Below are positions 17,453-26,693 of a DNA stretch of 64,000 nt, one piece after another. The stretch lies in the sequence record OR924452. One strand, given 5' to 3'. Numbering within the stretch: position 1 is the first letter of the stretch; each line of letters opens with the position of its first letter. This DNA is from Escherichia phage 241. Below the pieces are notes generated by a model, which did no database searches, was not told where the DNA came from, and saw only the letters and a list, made by a program, of their open reading frames with translations. A program made the position numbers and the translations under genes.

Positions 17453-18184
17453 ATGTCATATCTACACAGAATTTTTGGTATTGAATTCAGTTCCAACAGC
17501 GTTCGTTATGACCGCACTCACAAAGACTCCGGCGGCAAGACTGGTTACGAACTTGGATCTCGTTTGGGGTATACTGAAGAGCGCCGCCTGAGCGAAAATT
17601 CTCTTCTCACAGCTATGGGTATTGAATTTGAATCCGAGGCTGCTTTAGATCTGGGGGATGAGGTTCGTTTTGGTAAGCCTGAAGTCTTAGAATTTGTTGA
17701 AGACTTCGTGACAGGTTATACCCATGCCGCTAACAATCGTCGCGCCGCCAATGATGCTGTTGGTAAATTTCATTTTGCTGTGAAATACCTTGCCGACAAG
17801 CGTATTCAAATGGAAGCCGAATTCAGTGAAGAAAACTTGAAAGCAGTTTTCGGAGAGACTGGCGATTTCCTGTTGACAGAAGAATCCGGCACTTCTTCCG
17901 CTCGTCATTTCTTTAGTCAACCGTTTATCGTGAAGGGATGTAAAATTCTGATTGATGAAGAACATGTTTTTGGTATTCATCCGGATGTTGTATACGATGA
18001 AGAGACGTGTCTGATCATTTCCAGATTGTTTAACAGCCTGGCGTACACTTCATATTCATTGATCGAACGCTGTATGGAAGAAGAGCATCGCCAAGTTGTT
18101 GTCAACAAAATTCGCTTACATGTTGAGCAGAATTTTAATGGATTCCATTGCGCGTCTGGTGAGATTCCAAACTTCTACATGTAA
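17453..18184 (+). CDS. hypothetical protein (243 aa)
   Basis: ORF with GAGG RBS. Confidence 0.45.
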   Translation: MSYLHRIFGIEFSSNSVRYDRTHKDSGGKTGYELGSRLGYTEERRLSENSLLTAMGIEFESEAALDLGDEVRFGKPEVLEFVEDFVTGYTHAANNRRAANDAVGKFHFAVKYLADKRIQMEAEFSEENLKAVFGETGDFLLTEESGTSSARHFFSQPFIVKGCKILIDEEHVFGIHPDVVYDEETCLIISRLFNSLAYTSYSLIERCMEEEHRQVVVNKIRLHVEQNFNGFHCASGEIPNFYM

Positions 18185-18201
18185 AGATATCAGGGGGCTG
18201 T

Positions 18202-18489
18202 ATGAAGAAATATGTTCGTCTGAACACTGTACTTGAATCAGTTATAGAATATTTCATAATGCAGCACCTCAGAGCAGAAAATGAACACGTGAGCGACGCT
18301 CTGACTTATGATCACCGGATAGTGGTTCATTCCGTCGAAATAGTGGATGACGAATTGTTGATTGCCAATGTTGAGCATGCTCTCTGGGATGAAGTGTTAG
18401 ATCAGTACGTTCAACCGAAGTTCACACAGATCGAGTTATCTGCCATGTGGCCACCTGAAACAGTTTTCAATATTGATATACAAAGTTAA
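18202..18489 (+). CDS. hypothetical protein (95 aa)
   Basis: ORF with GGGGG RBS. Confidence 0.45.
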   Translation: MKKYVRLNTVLESVIEYFIMQHLRAENEHVSDALTYDHRIVVHSVEIVDDELLIANVEHALWDEVLDQYVQPKFTQIELSAMWPPETVFNIDIQS

Positions 18490-18662
18490 TATTCACGTCA
18501 GTCCGCGCTATTCCAGCGTTCCGTTGTCTAACACAGAAGTGTTAACCAACTTTTCAATAAAAAGTGGTTTACATCTTCTAAAAAGGCAGTATATTAATGT
18601 TCCAGACGCACAGTTGAACATTAAACTGCCAAAGAAGGTTACTACACAAAAGGGTTTTTATT

Positions 18663-19622
18663 ATGTCCTATATTCTTCATATCGAGTCCGGCCTGAAATT
18701 TGAAATTGATGGTAAAACCGCTGCTGATCTTCAAGCAGAAATCAAAGGTGCAGACCTTATCATCGGCAACGTCACGTTACGCCGTATGATGGAAGGCGTC
18801 CTCCAGTCAGCCAACGGCTTTGAACTCATTGAAGGTCTGAGCCAGGAAGAGAAAGAAGAGACTCTCGAAGCTCTTGACCGCGCTGAAGCCGAAAAAGTTA
18901 AACCGACCGAAGATGCGGGGGTTAAACAGGGCGACGGTGAATCAAATCCGGTGATTGACGCCGAAGAAACGGTTGGGCAACCTGTCGGTGATCAAAATTC
19001 CCAGACCGTCGAAGACGGTTCTCTTGAAGTCAACAAAGACGGCTCCATTTCCCTGGTAGTTGAAGGCGAAGAAGTTCTTGACGAAGAAGCGCAAGTCCGT
19101 GCTGAAGAAGTTCGCCGTCGTATGCTGGGCACAACCGTTGCTGAAGCAATCGCCGACGTTGAAAATCCGAAGGATGATCAGGCTTTAGCGAACGCGAAGG
19201 CGGTTCTGGCCAAGAAATCTTCTGAAATGCGTCCTGCGTCTTCTACTGAAGAACGCAAGCGTCGTCATAACAAACGTGAAGAAATGGTTGAAGCCGCTCG
19301 TGCTTCTAACTATGGTCCAATCCTGGCGGCGGTTGAAGCAGGGGTTACTCCTGAAGTATATTTGAGTTATGTGAACCCTGATATGCGCTGGTTCCAGTTC
19401 CCTGTCACTGAATTGGCAGACGAAGCCAATCCGCATGCCCGCACTAACACCTATGTTGATCTGGCACCTATCGTTTCCGGCGGCTGGGGTTTCAGTCTGT
19501 ATGTGAATGGTAAGTCATTCACCAAGCGTCAGAAAATCAAAGAAACTGACGCTGAATCTCTGGTAAAGGCTATCAACGAATGGCTACCTCAGGCGTTGGC
19601 CGAAGCGAAAGCTGCTGCGTAA
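18663..19622 (+). CDS. acidic hypothetical protein (319 aa), codon-optimised
   Basis: ORF; E/D-rich middle region; high-expression codon usage. Confidence 0.5.
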   Translation: MSYILHIESGLKFEIDGKTAADLQAEIKGADLIIGNVTLRRMMEGVLQSANGFELIEGLSQEEKEETLEALDRAEAEKVKPTEDAGVKQGDGESNPVIDAEETVGQPVGDQNSQTVEDGSLEVNKDGSISLVVEGEEVLDEEAQVRAEEVRRRMLGTTVAEAIADVENPKDDQALANAKAVLAKKSSEMRPASSTEERKRRHNKREEMVEAARASNYGPILAAVEAGVTPEVYLSYVNPDMRWFQFPVTELADEANPHARTNTYVDLAPIVSGGWGFSLYVNGKSFTKRQKIKETDAESLVKAINEWLPQALAEAKAAA

Positions 19623-19694
19623 TTTAACTCAGAAGCATTCAATAGATGAAGGGGCTGCTATAATAGCAGCTCCTTTTGTTTATTGGAGCACACC

Positions 19695-20357
19695 ATGTCG
19701 TATTCGCTCAAAGGGTTGTTGAAGCGCCCCGTACATCTGTTTGTAAAACCACCTGCTGTCGAAGGGGAATATCCGGCACGAGGAGAGTTGTATTACGTTA
19801 AAGGCTCCAACGGTAGCGGCAAGTCCACTGTCCCTTCCTATCTGGCGGAGAATGATCCTCAGGCGTATGTCGTGACCTACAATGGCAAGATCATGCTCAC
19901 AGTTTGCCCTTCCTATAACATTATCTGTATTGGTAAATATGACAAGTCTAAGTCTAAAGGTGTTGATTCCCTGAAAGATACCGAGCAGATGTTGTTCGCC
20001 TTGTCCATTGCTGATCAGCCGGAATATCTGAAATATGACGTGTTGTTTGAAGGAATCATCCCTTCAACTTTGCTCAGCTCATGGATTCCCCGCCTGACGC
20101 GCCCACCGCGCGAATTAGTCGTGCTCTTCATGGACACCCCGCTTGAAACCTGTGTTTCCCGTGTGAAATCACGCAACGGCGGCGCAGACTTCAATGAAAG
20201 CCTGGTTGTCGAAAAGTGGGAGAGAGTTCATGACCACCGCCAACGGCATAAAGGCTTGTTCCCTACCGTTCCCGCAGGTATGATGAAGTCCAATGGCCTG
20301 ACTATAGAGCAGGCTGTTTTTGCGTTTCTCAATCGCGATTTTGGGAGTATTGATTGA
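19695..20357 (+). CDS. P-loop kinase-fold protein (candidate nucleotide or DNA-base kinase)
   Basis: Walker A GSNGSGKST; about 220 aa; TTGGAG RBS; directly upstream of the pyrimidine hydroxymethylase. Confidence 0.55.
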   Translation: MSYSLKGLLKRPVHLFVKPPAVEGEYPARGELYYVKGSNGSGKSTVPSYLAENDPQAYVVTYNGKIMLTVCPSYNIICIGKYDKSKSKGVDSLKDTEQMLFALSIADQPEYLKYDVLFEGIIPSTLLSSWIPRLTRPPRELVVLFMDTPLETCVSRVKSRNGGADFNESLVVEKWERVHDHRQRHKGLFPTVPAGMMKSNGLTIEQAVFAFLNRDFGSID

Positions 20358-21397
20358 TGGAAATTTTTGCTTTAAACAATAATGATATGCTGAAGAAGGC
20401 TGTGTTGGCCATCCGTGAACACGGCATTGAGTCAGATCCTGGCAACGCAGAGATTAACACGGACGGCACTCGTTTCATTGATGGTGTAACAATTACAGTA
20501 TCAGATCCACGTGATCGTTGGCTTTCCGTTGAAGGCCGTAACTCGTCGGCAATTGCTGCCATCGGTGAGACATTCTGGGTGTTGTCCGGACGTAATGATA
20601 TCCGTTTCCTTTCGAAAGTCTTACCCCGCGCCGCCAACTTCTCTGATGACGGTGTAACCTGGCGAGGCGCGTATGGCCCACGTCTGTACAATAATGGCCA
20701 GTTGGATAGTGTCATCAGCCGTCTGCGTAATAATCCCAACACCCGTCAGGCGTATCTCACCATCTATGATCCGGCGCTGGACTCAGATGAAGGTTTGGCC
20801 GCCCATAGTGAAACTGGAGAAGCCAAGACCAAGGACATGATCTGTAATCTTGCTCTATTGTTCAGTATAACAGAAGGGCGATTGAATATCACTGTCATTA
20901 ACCGCAGCCAAGATGTCTTGTGGGGTATGAGTTCAATCAATTTCATTGAATTCTCTATCCTGCAAGAAGTTCTGGCGAAAGTGCTGAATGTCGAAGTTGG
21001 GTATTACAAACTGTTTTCTAACAATCTTCATTATTACAACAATGAAGTTAGTCGGAAACAACTCGGGGGTATCACTAAGAAGACCAAAACTTCTTCTGGG
21101 ATGTATAATTCTTTGCTGGAATTCTCTTCAGAAAAAGTGAAGTCGCAAAAAGATATTTGTAATCTATTCCTCGGCGTGTTACATCACTGTGACATCGGCA
21201 GTGATTTTGGTAAAATCAGAGAACATCTGAAAGGATATCAAGCAGACACGGGATTGATGATGGATATGTCATATTGCCTGTGGTGTCGACTCAATGATAC
21301 CAAAATTGACAAACGCCGTATCGCTGATGACGGTCTTCGTACTGCATTACTGCATTCCTCTGTTGATCAGAAATTTATGTGGGGGTATGGCGAATGA
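20354..21397 (+). CDS. deoxypyrimidine-nucleotide hydroxymethylase (thymidylate-synthase superfamily, gp42-like) with C-terminal extension
   Basis: RQAYLTIYDP and DMICNLALLFSI...VINRSQDVLWG parallel T4 gp42 RRGIMIYTRP and DFMCTNTVQYLI...VNMRSNDVVFG, including the catalytic Cys; 347 aa vs 246 aa in T4. Confidence 0.7.
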   Translation: MMEIFALNNNDMLKKAVLAIREHGIESDPGNAEINTDGTRFIDGVTITVSDPRDRWLSVEGRNSSAIAAIGETFWVLSGRNDIRFLSKVLPRAANFSDDGVTWRGAYGPRLYNNGQLDSVISRLRNNPNTRQAYLTIYDPALDSDEGLAAHSETGEAKTKDMICNLALLFSITEGRLNITVINRSQDVLWGMSSINFIEFSILQEVLAKVLNVEVGYYKLFSNNLHYYNNEVSRKQLGGITKKTKTSSGMYNSLLEFSSEKVKSQKDICNLFLGVLHHCDIGSDFGKIREHLKGYQADTGLMMDMSYCLWCRLNDTKIDKRRIADDGLRTALLHSSVDQKFMWGYGE

Positions 21398-21963
21398 TGT
21401 ACCAGAACCTTGAATTCTTCACGGGGCGCAAGCGCTCCGGCAAGGACTTCTGTTTGGAGTCCCTGATCAGTTTTCATCATATTCAGGGTGATAAGGATAT
21501 TCGTCGTCTGTCTTTCTCAGATGAACTGCGACGTGTCGCCAATTTCATCTATCCATGGCTACCAGCGGAGGTGGAGGATGCTGTGAAGGACGTTCCATTC
21601 GTACACCCTGATAACCCCAAGGGCTTAACCCCACGGCAGATCTGGCTTCATCTGGGCAGCGATACGGGCTTGCGTTATGTACAACCAGACCTGTTCCTGT
21701 CATTCTTTAAACGATATCAACTTCCTTTGGTGGAGCAGAACCCACACGTTCATTATATCGTGAGTGATTTGCGTACCCCTCAGGAATATGAATGGGCGCT
21801 GAGCACTAAATGTCCCATCACCCGCATTTCAAAGGCGGATCGCGGTGGTATCATAGAGGATGACATTGAGGCTTTCATTGATAAGATGGAAGTTGATTAT
21901 GAATTTGTCAATCCGTTTGAAGGTTGGCAACCGTTCGTCAAATTTTATAGGGATCGGAAATGA
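21394..21963 (+). CDS. 1: deoxynucleoside monophosphate kinase (T4 gp1-like)
   Basis: P-loop FFTGRKRSGKDF matches T4 gp1 LSGVKRSGKDT; ATGA overlap with the hydroxymethylase. Confidence 0.7.
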   Translation: MMYQNLEFFTGRKRSGKDFCLESLISFHHIQGDKDIRRLSFSDELRRVANFIYPWLPAEVEDAVKDVPFVHPDNPKGLTPRQIWLHLGSDTGLRYVQPDLFLSFFKRYQLPLVEQNPHVHYIVSDLRTPQEYEWALSTKCPITRISKADRGGIIEDDIEAFIDKMEVDYEFVNPFEGWQPFVKFYRDRK

Positions 21964-22517
21964 TCACAGCAGAGCATATTAAAAGTCTGCTCGAACTTCA
22001 AAAGGCCACCAACGTGGCCTATTTTGGGGAAGAGTGGAAGAATGTATGGAGTCAGAACGCCGTCGTCAACTCCATATATCGTGAGTGGGCAGAGTTTCTT
22101 GACGAAACGACCGCCGACTGGAAGGTCTATGGTAACGATATCGGCTTCGACCGCACGAAGGCGGTCTATGAACTGGTGGACGTGGTTCACTTCATGCTGT
22201 GTTTCATCCTCGTCGATCGCACCAAAGGAGAGATCGAGGAAGAATTAGAGGAAATGTCTAAGGATAGTTATGCCATGTCTATCGTTAACGGCATAGTTGC
22301 CCACGGCGGGGTGACCTACCGCTTTGGACAGTTCATGGGCGATCCTTGCGTTCGTTCCCTGATGTATTTCCTGAGCGCGTCTTGCTCTTACGTGGGGCTG
22401 GGCGCCGAAACTTACATGCTGGCACACAAACGCAAAAATGATCGCAATCGGCTGCGTGCTGCTGGCGGTGCGAACTACGATAAGTCCGCAGAAACCCCTC
22501 TGACCCTGGAGTTCTAA
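21960..22517 (+). CDS. 56: dimeric dUTPase/dCTPase-family NTP pyrophosphatase (T4 gp56-like)
   Basis: ELVDVVHFMLCFIL aligns with T4 gp56 ELVDIFHFVLNMFV; N-terminal EW...W...E motifs; substrate cannot be assigned from sequence. Confidence 0.6.
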   Translation: MITAEHIKSLLELQKATNVAYFGEEWKNVWSQNAVVNSIYREWAEFLDETTADWKVYGNDIGFDRTKAVYELVDVVHFMLCFILVDRTKGEIEEELEEMSKDSYAMSIVNGIVAHGGVTYRFGQFMGDPCVRSLMYFLSASCSYVGLGAETYMLAHKRKNDRNRLRAAGGANYDKSAETPLTLEF

Positions 22518-23047
22518 TGTTTACAGTTGTCGTATCATATTATGCGGAACATGCCCCGCGCATGGCAGAGAACTTCGCTGAGTTTATTAAACCAGGCGGT
22601 CATGTCGTTATTGCGACCAATTTCAAGAAAGAGCCAGATGGTGCGGCTACTGTAACACAACATATTACAACCAAAGAGCCGGAAACACTTTTTAAACGCA
22701 TTGAAGATTTTGCTTTTGGCGGGGAAGAAATTCCAGAGTCATTACAGCATATCTATTTTGAAGATGCGATATATTATGTTCATGCTATACCAAAAGATGT
22801 TACAACCGAACAACTAATGTATGTTTTGAATATTGCGTTAAATTTGTCATGTGTCAACAGGGCACAGCATAATCGTTTGCGCAATATGTATTTAACAGAA
22901 CGCGGGGGTTCCGGAATCAGTGATGAAAAACTCCCGTCGGTAATGGCAATTCAAGAAGCAATTAACATATTGTCCAAGAAAGTCTTGGGCACCGATTTAT
23001 TAATCACGATCAACAAGCAAGAGGAAACGAAATGGCCGATTCATTGA
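22517..23047 (+). CDS. hypothetical protein (176 aa)
   Basis: ORF between the gp56-like gene and uvsX. Confidence 0.45.
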   Translation: MFTVVVSYYAEHAPRMAENFAEFIKPGGHVVIATNFKKEPDGAATVTQHITTKEPETLFKRIEDFAFGGEEIPESLQHIYFEDAIYYVHAIPKDVTTEQLMYVLNIALNLSCVNRAQHNRLRNMYLTERGGSGISDEKLPSVMAIQEAINILSKKVLGTDLLITINKQEETKWPIH

Positions 23048-24117
23048 TGGCTCGCATGCTCAAGACAGCAAAGAAATTGGATCCGAATGCCGAAGTGCTG
23101 TCTAAAACCGATGCGCTGAAGCCTGATATTATTTGTAGCACGGGTATTCCTATCCTGAATTTGGCCTGGTCTGGTCGTATTGATGGTGGGCTGATATCTG
23201 GTATTAAGCAGTTGGTGGGTGATTCTCGTACATTCAAAACCATGTTTGGTCTGGTAGATGTCAAGGCTTACATGGACAAGTTTCCCGACGCAATTTGTAT
23301 CTTCGCGGATTCGGAAGGCGGCGCGAATGAAAACTATTGGACGTCCATGGGTATCGACATGGATCGTGTTTTATATCTGCCGATCGAAAACGTTGAAAAG
23401 ACGAAGATCAAGCTGACTCAACTTCTGAATGATGCCCAAAAAGGCGATAAAATCATCGTCTTTATTGACTCAATCAGCCAGTTGCCGTCTACCAAAGAAG
23501 TGGATGACGCCATCGCGGGTAAAGATACACAAGATATGACCCGCGCTCGTGCTCTCAATAGTTTTTGGCGTGTCATCACTCCGTTGGTCACTGAAAAGAA
23601 ATTCGTTTTGGTGTGGATCAACTCTTATTATGATGAAATCGGGAACCAGTATGCCGAACCAAATATCAAAGGCGGTAAGCAAGGTTTCCTATCATCTAAC
23701 CAATTGTGGTTCATCACCCGTTCTCAAGTTAAGGAAGACAAAGATCTTCTGGGTTGGCAATTCACTGTTAACATCATGAAAGGCCGCTTTGTTCGTGAAA
23801 AAGCCAAGTTCCCTGTGACGGTATTGTATGAAGGCGGTATTGACCGTTGGTCTGGCATGTTGGAAATTGCACGCATGCTGGGATATGTTGATCTGGTGAG
23901 CGGTTCCTGGTATCAGCGTACAGCCAAAGGCGGGTTTGATCCAGAGAAAGAGAAGAAATATCGCAAGTCAGAGCTGGGGGATGACTTCTGGTATCCACTG
24001 CTGGAAAACCCAGATTTTGTTGACGATGTAAACAATATGTTCGGTATCTCTCAGAGTTCGGTTATGCCTGCAGATATGCTGGAGCGTCTCGATCATGTCA
24101 TCAAAACAACCGAGTAA
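23032..24117 (+). CDS. uvsX: RecA-like recombinase UvsX
   Basis: Extensive colinearity with T4 UvsX (PILNLAWSGRIDGG, VFIDSISQL, DMTRA, GYQFTVNIMKGRFVREK). Confidence 0.9.
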   Translation: MADSLMARMLKTAKKLDPNAEVLSKTDALKPDIICSTGIPILNLAWSGRIDGGLISGIKQLVGDSRTFKTMFGLVDVKAYMDKFPDAICIFADSEGGANENYWTSMGIDMDRVLYLPIENVEKTKIKLTQLLNDAQKGDKIIVFIDSISQLPSTKEVDDAIAGKDTQDMTRARALNSFWRVITPLVTEKKFVLVWINSYYDEIGNQYAEPNIKGGKQGFLSSNQLWFITRSQVKEDKDLLGWQFTVNIMKGRFVREKAKFPVTVLYEGGIDRWSGMLEIARMLGYVDLVSGSWYQRTAKGGFDPEKEKKYRKSELGDDFWYPLLENPDFVDDVNNMFGISQSSVMPADMLERLDHVIKTTE

Positions 24118-24424
24118 TATTGCAGGGGGAGGAGACTCCCCCGTTAATTACAAAATCATCGACCCTGGTTCTGATCAGTTAGCTATTATCGAAATAACGG
24201 AAGGCAAGTTCCGCGGTGTTCAATTTCGTGTAGGAAAAGTGGGTGTCCATGTAGACAATGGAGAACCTCGGTTATCCTTTACGACGGATATATTGAAGAA
24301 GCCATGGCGTTTGTTATTTGTTAATTTGAAAGAAAATGACTTGTTCACTGTGGTGTCTGGGGATATCTTAGTTGATCTGATACAGCAAAATGCTCAGGAT
24401 TACAACAAAATTTTGGTGGGGTAG
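24095..24424 (+). CDS. hypothetical protein (109 aa), in the position T4 gene 40 occupies between uvsX and 41
   Basis: ORF; positional analogy only. Confidence 0.4.
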   Translation: MSSKQPSNIAGGGDSPVNYKIIDPGSDQLAIIEITEGKFRGVQFRVGKVGVHVDNGEPRLSFTTDILKKPWRLLFVNLKENDLFTVVSGDILVDLIQQNAQDYNKILVG

Positions 24425-24430
24425 TTGCCA

Positions 24431-25855
24431 ATGTTACTCGAATCTGTCGTGCTTTCCCAATTAATCTACAATGAAGAATATCAAAGAAAGATCCAGCCGT
24501 ATTTGAAAGCCGATTATTTCGATAACGAAGGCGAGAAGATTATATTTGGTCTTATAGACCATTACACTTGCGAATATAATGCTCGTCCTTCGGTTGAAGC
24601 GCTGTCTATTATGCTGGAAAAGACTTCGCTCAACGAACACGTATTTGATCAGGCCATTTCTGCTCTTGAAAATATTAATGACAATACTTTTCATCAGGAC
24701 TGGTTAGTAAAAGAAACAGAAAGTTGGGCGCGCCAGAAAGCTGTTCATAACGCAATTAGACAAGCCGTTAACATATACGGCGATGAGAAACGCAAAGATG
24801 AGATGAACAACATCCCTACTTTGCTGCAAGAAGCCCTGGCGATTCAGTTTGATTCATATCTCGGTCACATCTATTGGGAAATGGCTGAGCAACAATACGA
24901 CCACATGAACTCTAATGAAGCGAAGATCCCTTTCGCCGTAGAGATATTCAACAAAGCAACTCGTGGTGGTGTTGGCAAGAAGACATTGAACATCGTTACA
25001 GGCGCAATCAACGCAGGTAAGACAACAACTCTGATTGATTTGGCTGCTGGTTATGCCGAGCAGGGGTTGAATGTGTTCGTATTCACCCTCGAAGTGGCCG
25101 AGAACGTCTGGCGCCACCGCCTTGATGCCCGTATGATGCGCAGGGACTTCGAGTCCTTAGAGAAGCTCTCACGGCACGAGTATATTGCCACCATACAAAA
25201 ACTGAGAACCCGTCAAGACGGTTCCATGAAGGGTGATATTGTTATCAAGGAATATCCTTCGGGCGCGGGGCATACAGGTTTGTATCGTCGCGATATTCTT
25301 GATTATGCGACTGCAACAGGAATTACGCCTGATGTTATCATCATTGACTACCTGGGGGAATCTGCGTCTTCTCGCCTTCCCGCTCACTTGATGCAAAACA
25401 CCAACGTGTATTATACATCCGTGGCGCGGGAATTCCGTGCTCTTGGGTTTGAGTTTGATTGCCCTGTTTGGACAGGCATGCAGTTTAACCGTGAAAAGCA
25501 ATCAGCAACTGATGGTGATATCAGTGACTTGGCAGACGCTATCGGTATCCCGAAGGTCGCTGACTTTATCATGGCATTTTATGCCCCAGACGAACTGGCG
25601 GCTGTTAAGAAAGCCAGAGCATCAATCTTGAAAAATCGTTATGCCAACAAGCAGAAACTCAAATCTTTCTTGTTCGGTATGGACCAAGATAAACAGATAT
25701 TGTTCGACTTGGACTGGAATGAAGTCAAACGAGACCTGACTGATGAAGAAGCCCGTTATGTTGAAAACGTGCATATCAAGCATGACTTGAATAAAACGGG
25801 GGACTCAAATGATGTTAAAAAAGCCGAGACCGTCAATAGTTGGAATTTCGGTTAA
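24431..25855 (+). CDS. 41: replicative DNA helicase (DnaB-like, gp41)
   Basis: Walker A GAINAGKTT and DnaB-like helicase blocks; ATG at 24431 (track start 24425 is TTG). Confidence 0.85.
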   Translation: MLLESVVLSQLIYNEEYQRKIQPYLKADYFDNEGEKIIFGLIDHYTCEYNARPSVEALSIMLEKTSLNEHVFDQAISALENINDNTFHQDWLVKETESWARQKAVHNAIRQAVNIYGDEKRKDEMNNIPTLLQEALAIQFDSYLGHIYWEMAEQQYDHMNSNEAKIPFAVEIFNKATRGGVGKKTLNIVTGAINAGKTTTLIDLAAGYAEQGLNVFVFTLEVAENVWRHRLDARMMRRDFESLEKLSRHEYIATIQKLRTRQDGSMKGDIVIKEYPSGAGHTGLYRRDILDYATATGITPDVIIIDYLGESASSRLPAHLMQNTNVYYTSVAREFRALGFEFDCPVWTGMQFNREKQSATDGDISDLADAIGIPKVADFIMAFYAPDELAAVKKARASILKNRYANKQKLKSFLFGMDQDKQILFDLDWNEVKRDLTDEEARYVENVHIKHDLNKTGDSNDVKKAETVNSWNFG

Positions 25856-25918
25856 CTTCAATAATGGTGGTCATAGGGTATAATCTCTATGATCTGAATA
25901 TTAACCCAGGAGCACATC

Positions 25919-26251
25919 ATGTCGGATGTTGCATTTATAGCTGACCTGATTCAGGCGGCACAACAGGTGTGCCAGTCTGGACAAACCAGTCTCAGTCTGT
26001 CTACAGAGCAGACATTGGAATTTTACAAGAATCGACGGCATTGGGGTAAGGCTGTTAAGATACATTGCGAACCAGGAGAATTGGTTCAGCTCGATCTTCC
26101 ATCTTTCCCGTTGCCAGTGCAGACCAATACTCAGGAATATTATAAAGTTGAAGGTGTCGACATTATTCCTAAGTTTGGTTTCCACAGTATCGTTTATTTC
26201 TTCCTGCGCCGTTTGGGGACCAGTATTGGCCCACTCGGTTCTCGTCATTAA
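25919..26251 (+). CDS. hypothetical protein (110 aa)
   Basis: ORF with CAGGAG RBS. Confidence 0.45.
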   Translation: MSDVAFIADLIQAAQQVCQSGQTSLSLSTEQTLEFYKNRRHWGKAVKIHCEPGELVQLDLPSFPLPVQTNTQEYYKVEGVDIIPKFGFHSIVYFFLRRLGTSIGPLGSRH

Positions 26252-26263
26252 TGAGGATATGTT

Positions 26264-26575
26264 ATGTCAGTTGAACAAATCGGGTTTTACCAACTTCCTT
26301 CTGATCCCAAGCTGCGTCAAAAGATGATGCAGACATTGGAAAATTGCCGCGCCGCCCAGATCCGTATCAAGTCTGAACAGACATTTGTTACCGAAGCTCT
26401 GGCCGAATTGGCAAAAGAAACAGGCATCAAAGCCGTTGATCTGCGCAAAGTCGTTACTGACCGCGCTGGCGGAACATACACCAAGACCATCGAGACCAGC
26501 GCCAAATACCAAGATCTCTATGAGTCTCTGTATCCTAATGCAGCGCCTGATCGCGCAGCCGATCCTCAGCCATAA
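26264..26575 (+). CDS. hypothetical protein (103 aa)
   Basis: ORF with GAGGA RBS. Confidence 0.45.
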   Translation: MSVEQIGFYQLPSDPKLRQKMMQTLENCRAAQIRIKSEQTFVTEALAELAKETGIKAVDLRKVVTDRAGGTYTKTIETSAKYQDLYESLYPNAAPDRAADPQP

Positions 26576-26586
26576 ATCCCCCAGAA

Positions 26587-26612
26587 AGCCCAACAAATTG
26601 TTGGGCTTTTTA
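26587..26612 (+). terminator. rho-independent terminator
   Basis: AGCCCAACAAATTGTTGGGCT followed by TTTTTATTT. Confidence 0.55.
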
Positions 26613-26693
26613 TTTGAAACCTTTACTTCAATAAAACATACGGCTATCATTTAACCTACTTTGAAAAGTTTCACTATATCATGAGAGGCAAAT

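Noticed and set aside
19695-20357. Calling the P-loop protein a second dNMP kinase or thymidylate kinase
   Set aside because: Its Walker A and downstream sequence differ from the gp1-like kinase two genes away and from thymidylate kinase patterns, so it is kept as an unassigned P-loop kinase; it could still be a nucleotide kinase.
21960-22517. Assigning dCTP specificity to the gp56-like pyrophosphatase
   Set aside because: Family membership is clear but substrate is not readable from sequence; it could equally act on dUTP or dTTP if the phage modifies thymidine.
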